40,447 bases of DNA from a virus (lineage: Duplodnaviria > Caudoviricetes): positions 1 to 40,447 of the IMG/VR virus record IMGVR_UViG_3300005805_004810, one strand, 5' to 3'. Positions 9,161-17,158 of the stretch are shown piece after piece. The position numbers were made by a program, and so were the translations under genes. The notes under the pieces are model-generated. The model was not told where the DNA came from. It ran no database searches and saw nothing but the letters and a program-made list of their open reading frames with translations. Each line of letters begins with the position of its first letter. Position 1 is the stretch's first letter.

Positions 9161-9292
9161 ATGGCAAAAAAGTCTCCGAAACCAGTACCAATGCGTAGCA
9201 GAAGGTCAGGTATTAAAAAAATGAAACTAGTAAAATCAAATTTAGAAATCTTAAAAAAACTATCATGTCAGACATCAATCAAGCAGTCTTAG
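9161..9292 (+). CDS. small basic protein (43 aa, not in ORF track)
   Basis: MAKKSPKPVPMRSRRSGIKKMKLVKSNLEILKKL... fills the gap. Confidence 0.5.
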   Translation: MAKKSPKPVPMRSRRSGIKKMKLVKSNLEILKKLSCQTSIKQS

Positions 9293-10161
9293 AAGTAGTA
9301 AATGGTATTATTGCTTCTCCAGCGGTACAAGGAATTCAATTCAATGTATCAAGTCAGTGCGACAAAGTCTCAGTACTAGATGATATCGAGTTCTGTGACG
9401 AAGTTGCTTATTCCTATTCATATGAAGAAAAATCATTAAACCAAGCATGTATCGATACTTGTAACGGTCTAAAACAAGCAGCGTATGGTACTTGTGATGC
9501 ATGGAGACAAACATGCAAATCAGGTTGTGCAGCTGTAGACTGGACTTGTAACAACTGCTGCAGTAAAGAATGCCAACACGAATCAGACGATTGCAAAGCA
9601 GGCGCTGATAAAGCATTTAACGACTGTGCTGATGGTTGTGGGTATTTAACAATCACAGGAGGCGTTAACTTCAGATTAAATGCAGTTAAAGGATGTGGTT
9701 CTATAAGAGTAACATCTATCGACGCTATGGTTCCTAAGGATGACACCAATACAGTATTTTCTGTAGATATGAGTTTGTTGGTACCATCAGTAGTTGCTTT
9801 CGCTCATTTCAAAATGTGGCAAGATCCACTACCAGCAATTGCAGGTGATGAGGATGTAGTAGCTAGCAACGTTCCAGGAAAAGCTACAGGTACATTAGTT
9901 AAAGTATGTGATGGAGATAAGCCAGGATACTACTTAACTATTGAATCATTGAAAATTGAAGTTCCAACAGATACAGTTGATACACAAGGTTTGATCGCTC
10001 TAGCTGAGTCAATTGGATTAGCAGTTGACGTAGTTACTAAGGGCGTAGTTGATTTGAATGCTAAACTATTCAATTGGGTAAATAGCTTCTTATCTGCTGA
10101 GATTAAAAGTGTATTGAACGGTATCTTGGAAGACACTAAGATTATGGATGCAGATTGTTAA
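9265..10161 (+). CDS. hypothetical protein with 12-Cys mirror-spaced insert
   Basis: 298 aa; residues 62-125 carry 12 Cys; the remainder is beta-rich with a long C-terminal helix. Confidence 0.8.
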   Translation: MSDINQAVLEVVNGIIASPAVQGIQFNVSSQCDKVSVLDDIEFCDEVAYSYSYEEKSLNQACIDTCNGLKQAAYGTCDAWRQTCKSGCAAVDWTCNNCCSKECQHESDDCKAGADKAFNDCADGCGYLTITGGVNFRLNAVKGCGSIRVTSIDAMVPKDDTNTVFSVDMSLLVPSVVAFAHFKMWQDPLPAIAGDEDVVASNVPGKATGTLVKVCDGDKPGYYLTIESLKIEVPTDTVDTQGLIALAESIGLAVDVVTKGVVDLNAKLFNWVNSFLSAEIKSVLNGILEDTKIMDADC

Positions 10162-10166
10162 ACCTT

Positions 10167-10535
10167 ATGACAGACTTATTGTCTATTACTTGGTACGCAG
10201 AAAGTCCAATAGACTTGGAATATAAAGAGTATATTCTACTTGCTTACTTACAGAAGGTAGATAAGTCTTTTAATGATAAGGTACTGTCTCCTCACCTGTT
10301 ACATATGGAGAAGATGATTGACGATATGCATTCGTTCGCATCTTCATTTAACAAGATCAAAAAGGATTTTGATAAGAATCGTTATGTGTATTTTGATAAC
10401 GTAAAGATTCAAGGAGAAGACAATACTGTAATATGTGAGATAAAAGAATTGGTTGAGTTTGCTATACCGCAGATTGAACCAAGAATAGGTTATGGATATA
10501 AAATACTAAAAAGAAAAAATCAGGTTCTATTCTAG
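10167..10535 (+). CDS. conserved hypothetical protein
   Basis: W..SPIDLEYKEYILLAYLQ motif, recalled from Bacteroidota proteins. Confidence 0.7.
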   Translation: MTDLLSITWYAESPIDLEYKEYILLAYLQKVDKSFNDKVLSPHLLHMEKMIDDMHSFASSFNKIKKDFDKNRYVYFDNVKIQGEDNTVICEIKELVEFAIPQIEPRIGYGYKILKRKNQVLF

Positions 10536-10559
10536 AATTATTAACTAAAACAAAACAAA

Positions 10560-11378
10560 ATGAAAAAGCTAGTATTGATTTTCATGTTGATCCCAACATT
10601 AGCTTTATCGCAAGTTAGTGGTTGGAGAAATTCAGGAGGAGGACAACAATTCTCATCACCGCCTCCAAGAGTACAAAGTCCTATGGACAACGGTGTGAGT
10701 AGATGGAGAGATGTATCTCCTAGAGAATTTAACAGACCTCAACCCACTAAACCAGGTTCTAATGTAATCATCGCAGATCCTTATTGGGGTTGGGGTTGGA
10801 ATAGATGGGGAGTATGGGGTGCTCCTATGTGGGGATGGGATTATTACAATCCATTCTGGTATAACAACAGCTTTGGCTATAGACAACCAGCTAGAGTGTA
10901 TGTATACAAAGATGGAAAGAGAGATACCGTATATGGTAAGAAACCTCAAATATCTTTTGGTCTACAGAAGTCCCAAGACAAACAAGTCGGTGGATGGTTT
11001 ACTATAGGCAATCAAGGATACTTTATCATGGATTATTCACAAACTGTAGAGAAGGATAATTCTACTTTCTTTCCTCATGGAAACATTAACAAAGTAGATT
11101 TCCCACTAGTGAATGATCTAGTAAAGATAAAATCTTTCTACGTGGGTTTTGGTAAAAGATTCAATCGTACTGGTGTGCATTTGATGATGGGTTCTGTAAC
11201 GGAGAGAGTTAGATGGAGAGGTAAAGACGATATTGGATACATTACATTTCCAAAGTACACTCACGAAAGAATTGCTGTCAAAGTGGGAGCTATTCATGAT
11301 TTCAAAAATATTTCTGTTAAATTGGATTACGATCCTGTTATTAATAATATATGGGCTGGTTTAGGCATAAACTTCTAA
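10560..11378 (+). CDS. outer-membrane beta-barrel-like protein with W/G-rich N-region
   Basis: Signal peptide; YWGWGWNRWGVWG; C-terminal beta-signal-like WAGLGINF. Confidence 0.7.
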   Translation: MKKLVLIFMLIPTLALSQVSGWRNSGGGQQFSSPPPRVQSPMDNGVSRWRDVSPREFNRPQPTKPGSNVIIADPYWGWGWNRWGVWGAPMWGWDYYNPFWYNNSFGYRQPARVYVYKDGKRDTVYGKKPQISFGLQKSQDKQVGGWFTIGNQGYFIMDYSQTVEKDNSTFFPHGNINKVDFPLVNDLVKIKSFYVGFGKRFNRTGVHLMMGSVTERVRWRGKDDIGYITFPKYTHERIAVKVGAIHDFKNISVKLDYDPVINNIWAGLGINF

Positions 11379-11384
11379 TGTTAA

Positions 11385-12782
11385 TTGAGAAGACTAAGAA
11401 TAGTATTAAGTATATTACTTTCCTTTGCTATAATAGGGAAAGTCAGGTCGCAGACTATCACTACGGTATATGTAGATCCCTGTGACAATAAAGCTTATAC
11501 TGTATCCTTTCCAGCTTCAAACATTGGTGTATTAATCATCATAAGAAATCAAAGCAAAGTATTTACAGACGCTGACTTTAGATCCGGGATAGTTGATGCC
11601 TGGATCAAGTCAGTGTTTGCTACTCCATGTCCAGCATCGCAACAAGTAGTGACACAGACTGTAACGCAAGCTGCTACACAAGCTGCTTCTGCTGCTGCTA
11701 ACGCTGCTGCCGCTGCTGCAAGTAATGCTGCGTCCAGTGCAGCTTCTAGTGCCGCATCTAGCGCTGCATCTAGTGCAGCTTCATCCGCTGCATCATCTGC
11801 AAGTTCTACAGCATCATCTTCAGCAAGTGCTGCTGCATCGTCATCTGCTTCTTCTACATCTACTACCTCAACTGCATCGAGTAGTTCTTCTAGCTCATCC
11901 AGCAGTTCATCTAGTTCCTCCAGTAGTTCTTCTAGTGAAAGCAGTTCTTCTAGCAGCTCATCCAGCGAAAGTAAATCTGAATCGTCTTCATCTAGTGAAA
12001 GCAAGAGTGAGTCCAAGTCAGAAGAGAGTAAGTCAGAAAGTAAGAGTGAGGAAAAGAAATCAGATAAGAAAGAAGAAAAAAAGGAAGAGAAAAAAGAGGA
12101 GAAGAAAGAAGATAAGAAGGAGAAGAAAGATAAAGCTCCTAAGGTAAATCCAATGATTTATTCATCAGATCTAACCTCTGGACAGATAGGGAACGGTAGA
12201 TTCAATACACTGATATCCCTAGGCGTTTCTAAGTCCTCTATGACTGGAGGTAATAGTTGGGGCTTAAATACCATTATATGGGCTGATTTGAAGCAATATG
12301 CCCTCTCAGGGGGATATACGGAGATGAACATGAGAGACGGTAAGTTAAAGTCTGTGGATAACTTTTCTTTGACATTTGCCCATGTGGGCGGAGGTAACAT
12401 GCTTATAGGGGGATACTCCACTATAAAGCCATCTAGTAAGTTCGGAACATACGGATTGAACACGTCTTATATAGCTCTCAGAGCAGCTGGAACTAGGATG
12501 CTTAGTTCTTCTTTTGTAGGGTTCTGGACAAAGCCTTATCCATTGAAATCCAAGCCTTTAATCCTCTCCCCTGGCGTGTTTATCATAGGTTCACCAGTTA
12601 GCTGGATGATAGGGAATAAACCATCCTTTAGCCCTCATGTAACCTTTATGACGGGCAGTGGATTTAATTACAAACTGACTAGGAGGTTTACCTTTAATGT
12701 GGATTGGAAGATTATGTTTTCTACTGCTCCTAAGGCGCCCGTACTAAATACCTTCATGATTGGCTCAAGAATGAGTTTATAA
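11385..12782 (+). CDS. secreted protein: Ala/Ser/KE low-complexity stalk plus C-terminal beta-barrel-like domain
   Basis: TTG start, signal peptide, DPC...TPC domain, long A/S and KKEE tracts, amphipathic strands ending GSRMSL. Confidence 0.75.
   Translation: MRRLRIVLSILLSFAIIGKVRSQTITTVYVDPCDNKAYTVSFPASNIGVLIIIRNQSKVFTDADFRSGIVDAWIKSVFATPCPASQQVVTQTVTQAATQAASAAANAAAAAASNAASSAASSAASSAASSAASSAASSASSTASSSASAAASSSASSTSTTSTASSSSSSSSSSSSSSSSSSSSESSSSSSSSSESKSESSSSSESKSESKSEESKSESKSEEKKSDKKEEKKEEKKEEKKEDKKEKKDKAPKVNPMIYSSDLTSGQIGNGRFNTLISLGVSKSSMTGGNSWGLNTIIWADLKQYALSGGYTEMNMRDGKLKSVDNFSLTFAHVGGGNMLIGGYSTIKPSSKFGTYGLNTSYIALRAAGTRMLSSSFVGFWTKPYPLKSKPLILSPGVFIIGSPVSWMIGNKPSFSPHVTFMTGSGFNYKLTRRFTFNVDWKIMFSTAPKAPVLNTFMIGSRMSL
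11670..12135 (+). repeat. coding low-complexity repeats (AASS)n, poly-Ser, (ESKS)n, (KKEE)n
   Basis: Visible in the translation; synonymous codons are diverged. Confidence 0.85.
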
Positions 12783-12787
12783 TTTTT

Positions 12788-12818
12788 TTTGTAAAAAGAA
12801 AAATACTTCTTATATTTG
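12788..12818 (+). promoter_or_regulatory. Bacteroidota primary-sigma-type promoter
   Basis: TTTG (12788-12791), 19 nt, TATATTTG (12811-12818); matches TTTG-N19-21-TAnnTTTG. Confidence 0.75.
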
Positions 12819-12835
12819 TTGGACAATGAGCAGTT

Positions 12836-13039
12836 ATGAATGAATCACAAAGCAATATAGTATTTTTAGGAGTTATGTGCTTATTTCTGTTTATCCTACT
12901 TGGATTTAATTATTCAGACATTAGACACAAGTCTGTTGAGATCAAACAACTCAAAGAACAAAGAGATAGTTTGCTGCAAGTAATACAAATCAAAAACGAA
13001 TTAGAGTACTACAACTACAATCACTCACAAATCAAATAA
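12836..13039 (+). CDS. small TM plus coiled-coil protein
   Basis: N-terminal hydrophobic segment, helical tail. Confidence 0.65.
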   Translation: MNESQSNIVFLGVMCLFLFILLGFNYSDIRHKSVEIKQLKEQRDSLLQVIQIKNELEYYNYNHSQIK

Positions 13040-13048
13040 ACATTTATC

Positions 13049-13240
13049 ATGTCGGTTCTCACTTACTTTATTATTGGATTCGTATATTGGGCAGTAAACG
13101 TTTTCATTAGACGACTGCCTGAAAAGAATGATGCAGGAGACGGATGGTTCTTAACTCCTGTGTGGTTATTTCTCTGGCCTATATGCATTGCAGCATTAGC
13201 TATATCATTGGTATCTAAATTAAAAACAGATAAACTATAA
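13049..13240 (+). CDS. small membrane protein
   Basis: Two hydrophobic segments, WLFLWP motif. Confidence 0.65.
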   Translation: MSVLTYFIIGFVYWAVNVFIRRLPEKNDAGDGWFLTPVWLFLWPICIAALAISLVSKLKTDKL

Positions 13241-13244
13241 AACC

Positions 13245-13418
13245 ATGAACGAAGCAAACCTTACCAAAGAACAACAAGAAGTAGTAGACAAGTTTGAATT
13301 TCATTTGTCTTTGCTAAAAGACCAAGATCTACTATACAGTTCTTTCAGAACTTTTATTAGAGAGATTCCAAACAATTACGATCTAGGTGCTACAGTCCGT
13401 AAATTATTCAGCGAATGA
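13245..13418 (+). CDS. hypothetical protein (57 aa, not in ORF track)
   Basis: MNEANLTKEQQ...PNNYDLGATVRKLFSE*; ATGA overlap with the next gene. Confidence 0.7.
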   Translation: MNEANLTKEQQEVVDKFEFHLSLLKDQDLLYSSFRTFIREIPNNYDLGATVRKLFSE

Positions 13419-13909
13419 AAATAATATTCCTTGACATAGATGGACCTCTTGCATATGGAGATGAAGAAGAGGATGCAATTAGGATAGCCCCAGGCCTTGT
13501 AATACCATATTCCTACGTCCAGCAAGACTGTAGATCTCTATATGAGATTGTAAGAGAAACACAAGCAGACATAGTATTGTCTTCAGATTGGAGACTATAT
13601 TACACAATAGATGAGATGAATGCTGTATTAGCTTACTTCGGAGCGCCCCCAGTTATTATAGATAAAACTAACAGGTTGAAAGCAAAGCTATCATCTTCTT
13701 CTGTCATGGATAGAGCCCATCAAATATTACAATGGGTAGATGAGCATGAGCCAGAAAAGTGGGTGGCTATAGATGATTTCAACTTGTATCCTTATTTCAA
13801 AGAGTATGGATACAAGAATAACTTTGTCAGAACAAGAGGGGAGAGGAACGAAGAAAAGTATCCATCTCTTACCGATGTCAAGCACCAAGTTATAAAAATG
13901 CTTTCTTAA
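13415..13909 (+). CDS. HAD-family phosphatase (Swiss Army Knife RNA-repair-like HAD)
   Basis: IIFLDIDG, IVLSSDWR, WVAIDD motifs. Confidence 0.8.
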   Translation: MKIIFLDIDGPLAYGDEEEDAIRIAPGLVIPYSYVQQDCRSLYEIVRETQADIVLSSDWRLYYTIDEMNAVLAYFGAPPVIIDKTNRLKAKLSSSSVMDRAHQILQWVDEHEPEKWVAIDDFNLYPYFKEYGYKNNFVRTRGERNEEKYPSLTDVKHQVIKMLS

Positions 13910-13928
13910 CCATAAAACACAAAACAAT

Positions 13929-14495
13929 ATGCCTGCAATACAATTGCCTGTTCCAAGAGAGAGAAACCTATACCTAGCAAAACAAGTAGACCAGTTCAGC
14001 ATGAATGAACTCAGCAGAGCTATCCTAGACATTAATAACGACGATGATTACCTAGTAGCTTTGTATGGTGTACATGGAATAAGCTACACTCCCAATCCAA
14101 TTAATTTGTACATAGATTCTTATGGAGGATATGTGTACCAATGCCTTGGACTACTCAGCATCATGGAGAAATCTAAAGTACCTATCCACACGATTGTAAC
14201 AGGTTGTGCCATGAGTTGCGGATTCCTTATCTCTATATCTGGACACGTAAGATTCTGCTACGACAAGTCTACCTTCCTTTACCATCAAGTAAGCGGTGAC
14301 TCTAGCGGAAAGACTCAAGACGTTGAAGAGGGGTACTTTGAGATCAAACGTCTACAAAATATCCTGGAGTCAGAGACCATAAAGAAAACAAAGCTTACAG
14401 CTAAAATGCTTGATGACAATAGGAAGAGAAAAGTAGATTGGGTATTCAACGCAAAGCAAGCTATTAAACACGGAATTGTTGATCAAATAATATAA
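13929..14495 (+). CDS. clpP: ClpP-like serine protease
   Basis: INLYIDSYGG, GCAMSCG (Ser), FLYHQ (His), DWVFNAKQAIKHGIVDQII (Asp region). Confidence 0.85.
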   Translation: MPAIQLPVPRERNLYLAKQVDQFSMNELSRAILDINNDDDYLVALYGVHGISYTPNPINLYIDSYGGYVYQCLGLLSIMEKSKVPIHTIVTGCAMSCGFLISISGHVRFCYDKSTFLYHQVSGDSSGKTQDVEEGYFEIKRLQNILESETIKKTKLTAKMLDDNRKRKVDWVFNAKQAIKHGIVDQII

Positions 14496-14498
14496 ACA

Positions 14499-14861
14499 AT
14501 GGGAAAACAAGTATCGATGTGGACCTGCGAATATTGCGGGCAAGACACATCAAACACAGATGTAGAGTATCTATCTGGCTTTAATCATTTAGCATGTGAG
14601 CTAGAGAGAGAAAACAAAAACAAAGTAGGCACTAAAGACTGCTGCGTTATGTGCGGTAAAGAGACTGCTTACAATTACGAAACCAATATCAACTACAGAT
14701 ATGGTTATGTAGAAGGGATCGGTCAGCTTTGCAAGAGATGCTACGACAAAGGCACAGACCGCAGGCTTGTTACTATTCCAGCTTACATCATTGAAGATAG
14801 TTTAGATGATGCAGAGTTGGGAGCAAAGGTTAGAGAATTTTATAGAGACTTTATAAACTAA
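14499..14861 (+). CDS. zinc-finger protein
   Basis: CEYC...HLAC, CVMC...CKRC; C-terminus DDAELGAKVR. Confidence 0.7.
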   Translation: MGKQVSMWTCEYCGQDTSNTDVEYLSGFNHLACELERENKNKVGTKDCCVMCGKETAYNYETNINYRYGYVEGIGQLCKRCYDKGTDRRLVTIPAYIIEDSLDDAELGAKVREFYRDFIN

Positions 14862-14866
14862 ACGTT

Positions 14867-15019
14867 ATGGAAATCAAAAACAAAAAAGAACACATCCAAG
14901 CACTAATAGCAGAATTAGATGTGCTTAAAAGCAGAGTCGAACCTCACGATACCGGACACATTATTACTACAATCAATGTGCTGGAAGAAAGGGTTAAAGA
15001 GCTGCTAAACGATATTTAA
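14867..15019 (+). CDS. small helical-hairpin phage protein (50 aa, not in ORF track)
   Basis: LIAELDVLKSRVEPHDTGHIITTINVLEERVKEL. Confidence 0.7.
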   Translation: MEIKNKKEHIQALIAELDVLKSRVEPHDTGHIITTINVLEERVKELLNDI

Positions 15020-15023
15020 CACA

Positions 15024-15148
15024 TAGGTTGATTGGGGAATGAATATACGTAACCTGTTGGTGATTGGTTGTATATTCGGAGTTGAAACCATTCTAAGTAA
15101 TGCCAATCGTAAAAGGAGTTGTCCACGCAACCATCTTCTCCTTTCCTA
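15024..15148 (+). ncRNA. putative structured ncRNA A (family not identified)
   Basis: Nested stems TAGG/CCTA, GATTGG/CCAATC, GGAATG/CATTCT, AATATAC/GTATATT, AAAGGAG/CTCCTTT; no credible ORF. Confidence 0.55.
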
Positions 15149-15149
15149 A

Positions 15150-15375
15150 ATTGTAATGTACTCGAAAGCTTACCGTAAGAACAGCTTAGAGTCATTTTGA
15201 CACGCACGGCAACCGAAGGCATACATGTCACTGCTTAGGCAATGCGAACAACCACACAGAGTACCTCACGGTGCGTAGGTAAGTTTTAAGCTCTGTTGAC
15301 TGCCGAGAAAGATCGGCTCCTAGTAAACGCTTAATATGGAGAAGTACAATCCACGTGTGAGGAGCGGGGCTCACG
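15150..15375 (+). ncRNA. putative structured ncRNA B (family not identified)
   Basis: GC-richer non-coding tract with many complementary segments (TGACA/TGTCA, ACGCAC/GTGCGT, TACCT/AGGTA, ACAGAG/CTCTGT, GCCGA/TCGGC, GTGAG/CTCAC). Confidence 0.5.
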
Positions 15376-15378
15376 GTT

Positions 15379-15449
15379 AGTCAGGTAGCGTAATTGGTAA
15401 CGCCCCATATTTTATTTGGGAGATGTAGGTTCGAATCCTACCCTGACTG
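15379..15449 (+). tRNA. tRNA-like element with degenerate anticodon arm (possible TTT/Lys, likely pseudo)
   Basis: AGTCAGG/CCTGACT acceptor, GCGT/ACGC D-stem, GTAGG-TTCGAAT-CCTAC T-arm; anticodon arm CCCA-TATTTTATT-TGGG is irregular; no encoded CCA. Confidence 0.7.
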
Positions 15450-15464
15450 CTTAAATACTTAGTT

Positions 15465-15737
15465 ATGGAAAACAGAAGATCATTTTTTAAAGGATTAGCA
15501 GCATTCGCTAGTGGAGTTGTATCAGCTAAAGTAGCATCTTACATTCCAAAGAAAGAAGAACCAAAAGAAAAATTAATGGTATCTAATACCATTACACTCA
15601 AACATGGTGATAAAGAATACCATCCTCTTGTAGTAGAGAAAACAACTTACGATGGTATGAAATTAGTACCTACTAATGTTAGTCAAAGTTTTTCTTTAAA
15701 AGTATTTGAACCTAAAATTAGAGAAGCAAATATCTAA
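15465..15737 (+). CDS. small protein with twin-arginine (Tat-like) leader
   Basis: MENRRSFFKGLAAFASGVVSA. Confidence 0.7.
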   Translation: MENRRSFFKGLAAFASGVVSAKVASYIPKKEEPKEKLMVSNTITLKHGDKEYHPLVVEKTTYDGMKLVPTNVSQSFSLKVFEPKIREANI

Positions 15738-15964
15738 TGAGTAGCAGAAGAAACTTCTTAAAAATGTTATCTATGGCAGCAGTATCAACTGCACTGCCAG
15801 AAGTAAAACCTGAAAAATTAGTTATTAAATCAACTGGGTATGCAGGCATAGGTGTTGGTGGTGTAGAACGAATGAGGATAACATCTAGCGGTCATGTAAT
15901 GATACACGGTAACATAGGAATGGCAAACAACAATCCATCACAAAAACTAAACATAAACCGTTAA
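15737..15964 (+). CDS. small protein with Tat-like leader and tail-fibre-type repeat
   Basis: MSSRRNFLKMLSMAAVSTAL; ERMRITSSG...GNIGMANNNPSQKLNI. Confidence 0.7.
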   Translation: MSSRRNFLKMLSMAAVSTALPEVKPEKLVIKSTGYAGIGVGGVERMRITSSGHVMIHGNIGMANNNPSQKLNINR

Positions 15965-17130
15965 TGAAATTTAAAAAGTTTAGATTAAATAACGGAACGA
16001 ATATCCGTCCTATAAAAACAACAGTTAATCCGGGTCACTACTATGATACCGACTACGTAACTGAGTTTCCTATAGGTCATTATTACGTAGAGAATATTAA
16101 ATCCCTCCCCTGCCTTTTCCTTAGCAAACAAAAGTATAATCTAAACGTGGGCAGTTATTTTGTGAAAGAAGAATTTGATTTGATATGGGAATTCCGAATG
16201 ATGACTGCTAACGGTAAAGAAGAAGTGACTAAGCAAGTATTCAGGAAAGAGGAAGTTGTAGTATTAGTTAATTATAAATCCGATAGTGGAAGTAGATACA
16301 GACCTATGGATATAGGAGATCTGTCAGATAACAATACTCACATACAGGCAGACTATGCTACAGTTTCTTTATACTATACCCAATTAGAAGAGGCACACAA
16401 AATACACAAAGGATTAAAAAAGTATGTCAATAAGCTCAAGACCAAGTCTAGAATATCTCTATTGACATCATCTCACGGACACTTAGATACTTTAGAGCAA
16501 GATATAAAGAGTGTAGACATTGACGTAGAAACTAACTATGGCGCTGAGTTTGTGCCTGTGCACTTAAAGATTGTAGAGAAGTTGAGTGAGGATAGAGGTA
16601 AGGGATTGGTATTGTTGCATGGAGTCCCAGGTACAGGCAAGACAAACTATATCAGATATCTTTGCGGCATTCTTAAAAAGGAAATAATATTCCTCCCTCC
16701 TTTCCTAGCGGAGAATCTAGCCAGTCCAGACTTTATAACATTTCTTCTGGAGCACACCAATTCTATATTGATCATAGAAGATGCTGAGAAGGTAGTGTTA
16801 GATAGAGAGGGAGAGCATAGCAATAGACAAAGTGTGGCAAACCTACTCAACGTAACAGATGGACTACTGAGTGATTGTTTATCTATACAGATTTTAGCCA
16901 CATTTAACACGTCTAGAGATAGAATAGATAAAGCCCTTCTGCGTAAAGGTAGATTGATTGCTGAGTGGAAGTTCGATGCTTTATCCGTAGAAGCATCTAA
17001 CAATATATTAAAATCCATAGGCAGAGAACCTATAGCAACTAAACCTATGACACTCACAGAGATATACAATATGGATGAGGAAGAGTTTGTTATACAACAA
17101 GAGAGGCCTAAAATAGGTTTCGGTAGATAG
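15964..17130 (+). CDS. AAA+ ATPase
   Basis: Walker A GVPGTGKT, Walker B LIIEDAE, LLNVTDG, DKALLRKGR. Confidence 0.9.
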   Translation: MKFKKFRLNNGTNIRPIKTTVNPGHYYDTDYVTEFPIGHYYVENIKSLPCLFLSKQKYNLNVGSYFVKEEFDLIWEFRMMTANGKEEVTKQVFRKEEVVVLVNYKSDSGSRYRPMDIGDLSDNNTHIQADYATVSLYYTQLEEAHKIHKGLKKYVNKLKTKSRISLLTSSHGHLDTLEQDIKSVDIDVETNYGAEFVPVHLKIVEKLSEDRGKGLVLLHGVPGTGKTNYIRYLCGILKKEIIFLPPFLAENLASPDFITFLLEHTNSILIIEDAEKVVLDREGEHSNRQSVANLLNVTDGLLSDCLSIQILATFNTSRDRIDKALLRKGRLIAEWKFDALSVEASNNILKSIGREPIATKPMTLTEIYNMDEEEFVIQQERPKIGFGR

Positions 17131-17158
17131 TTTATTTTTTAATTTTAAATACACAGTT

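Noticed and set aside
11549-12147. 155-aa - ORF and 140-aa alternative-frame + ORF
   Set aside because: Both are shadows of the low-complexity Ala/Ser/Lys-Glu tract in 11385-12782
15016-15231. 71-aa - strand ORF
   Set aside because: It opposes the local gene direction, has no motif, and overlaps the structured non-coding tract
15024-15375. RNase P RNA, hammerhead ribozyme or group I intron as the identity of the non-coding tract
   Set aside because: I found no GAGGAAAGTCC P4 motif, no CTGANGA/GAAA core and no recognisable P7 elements
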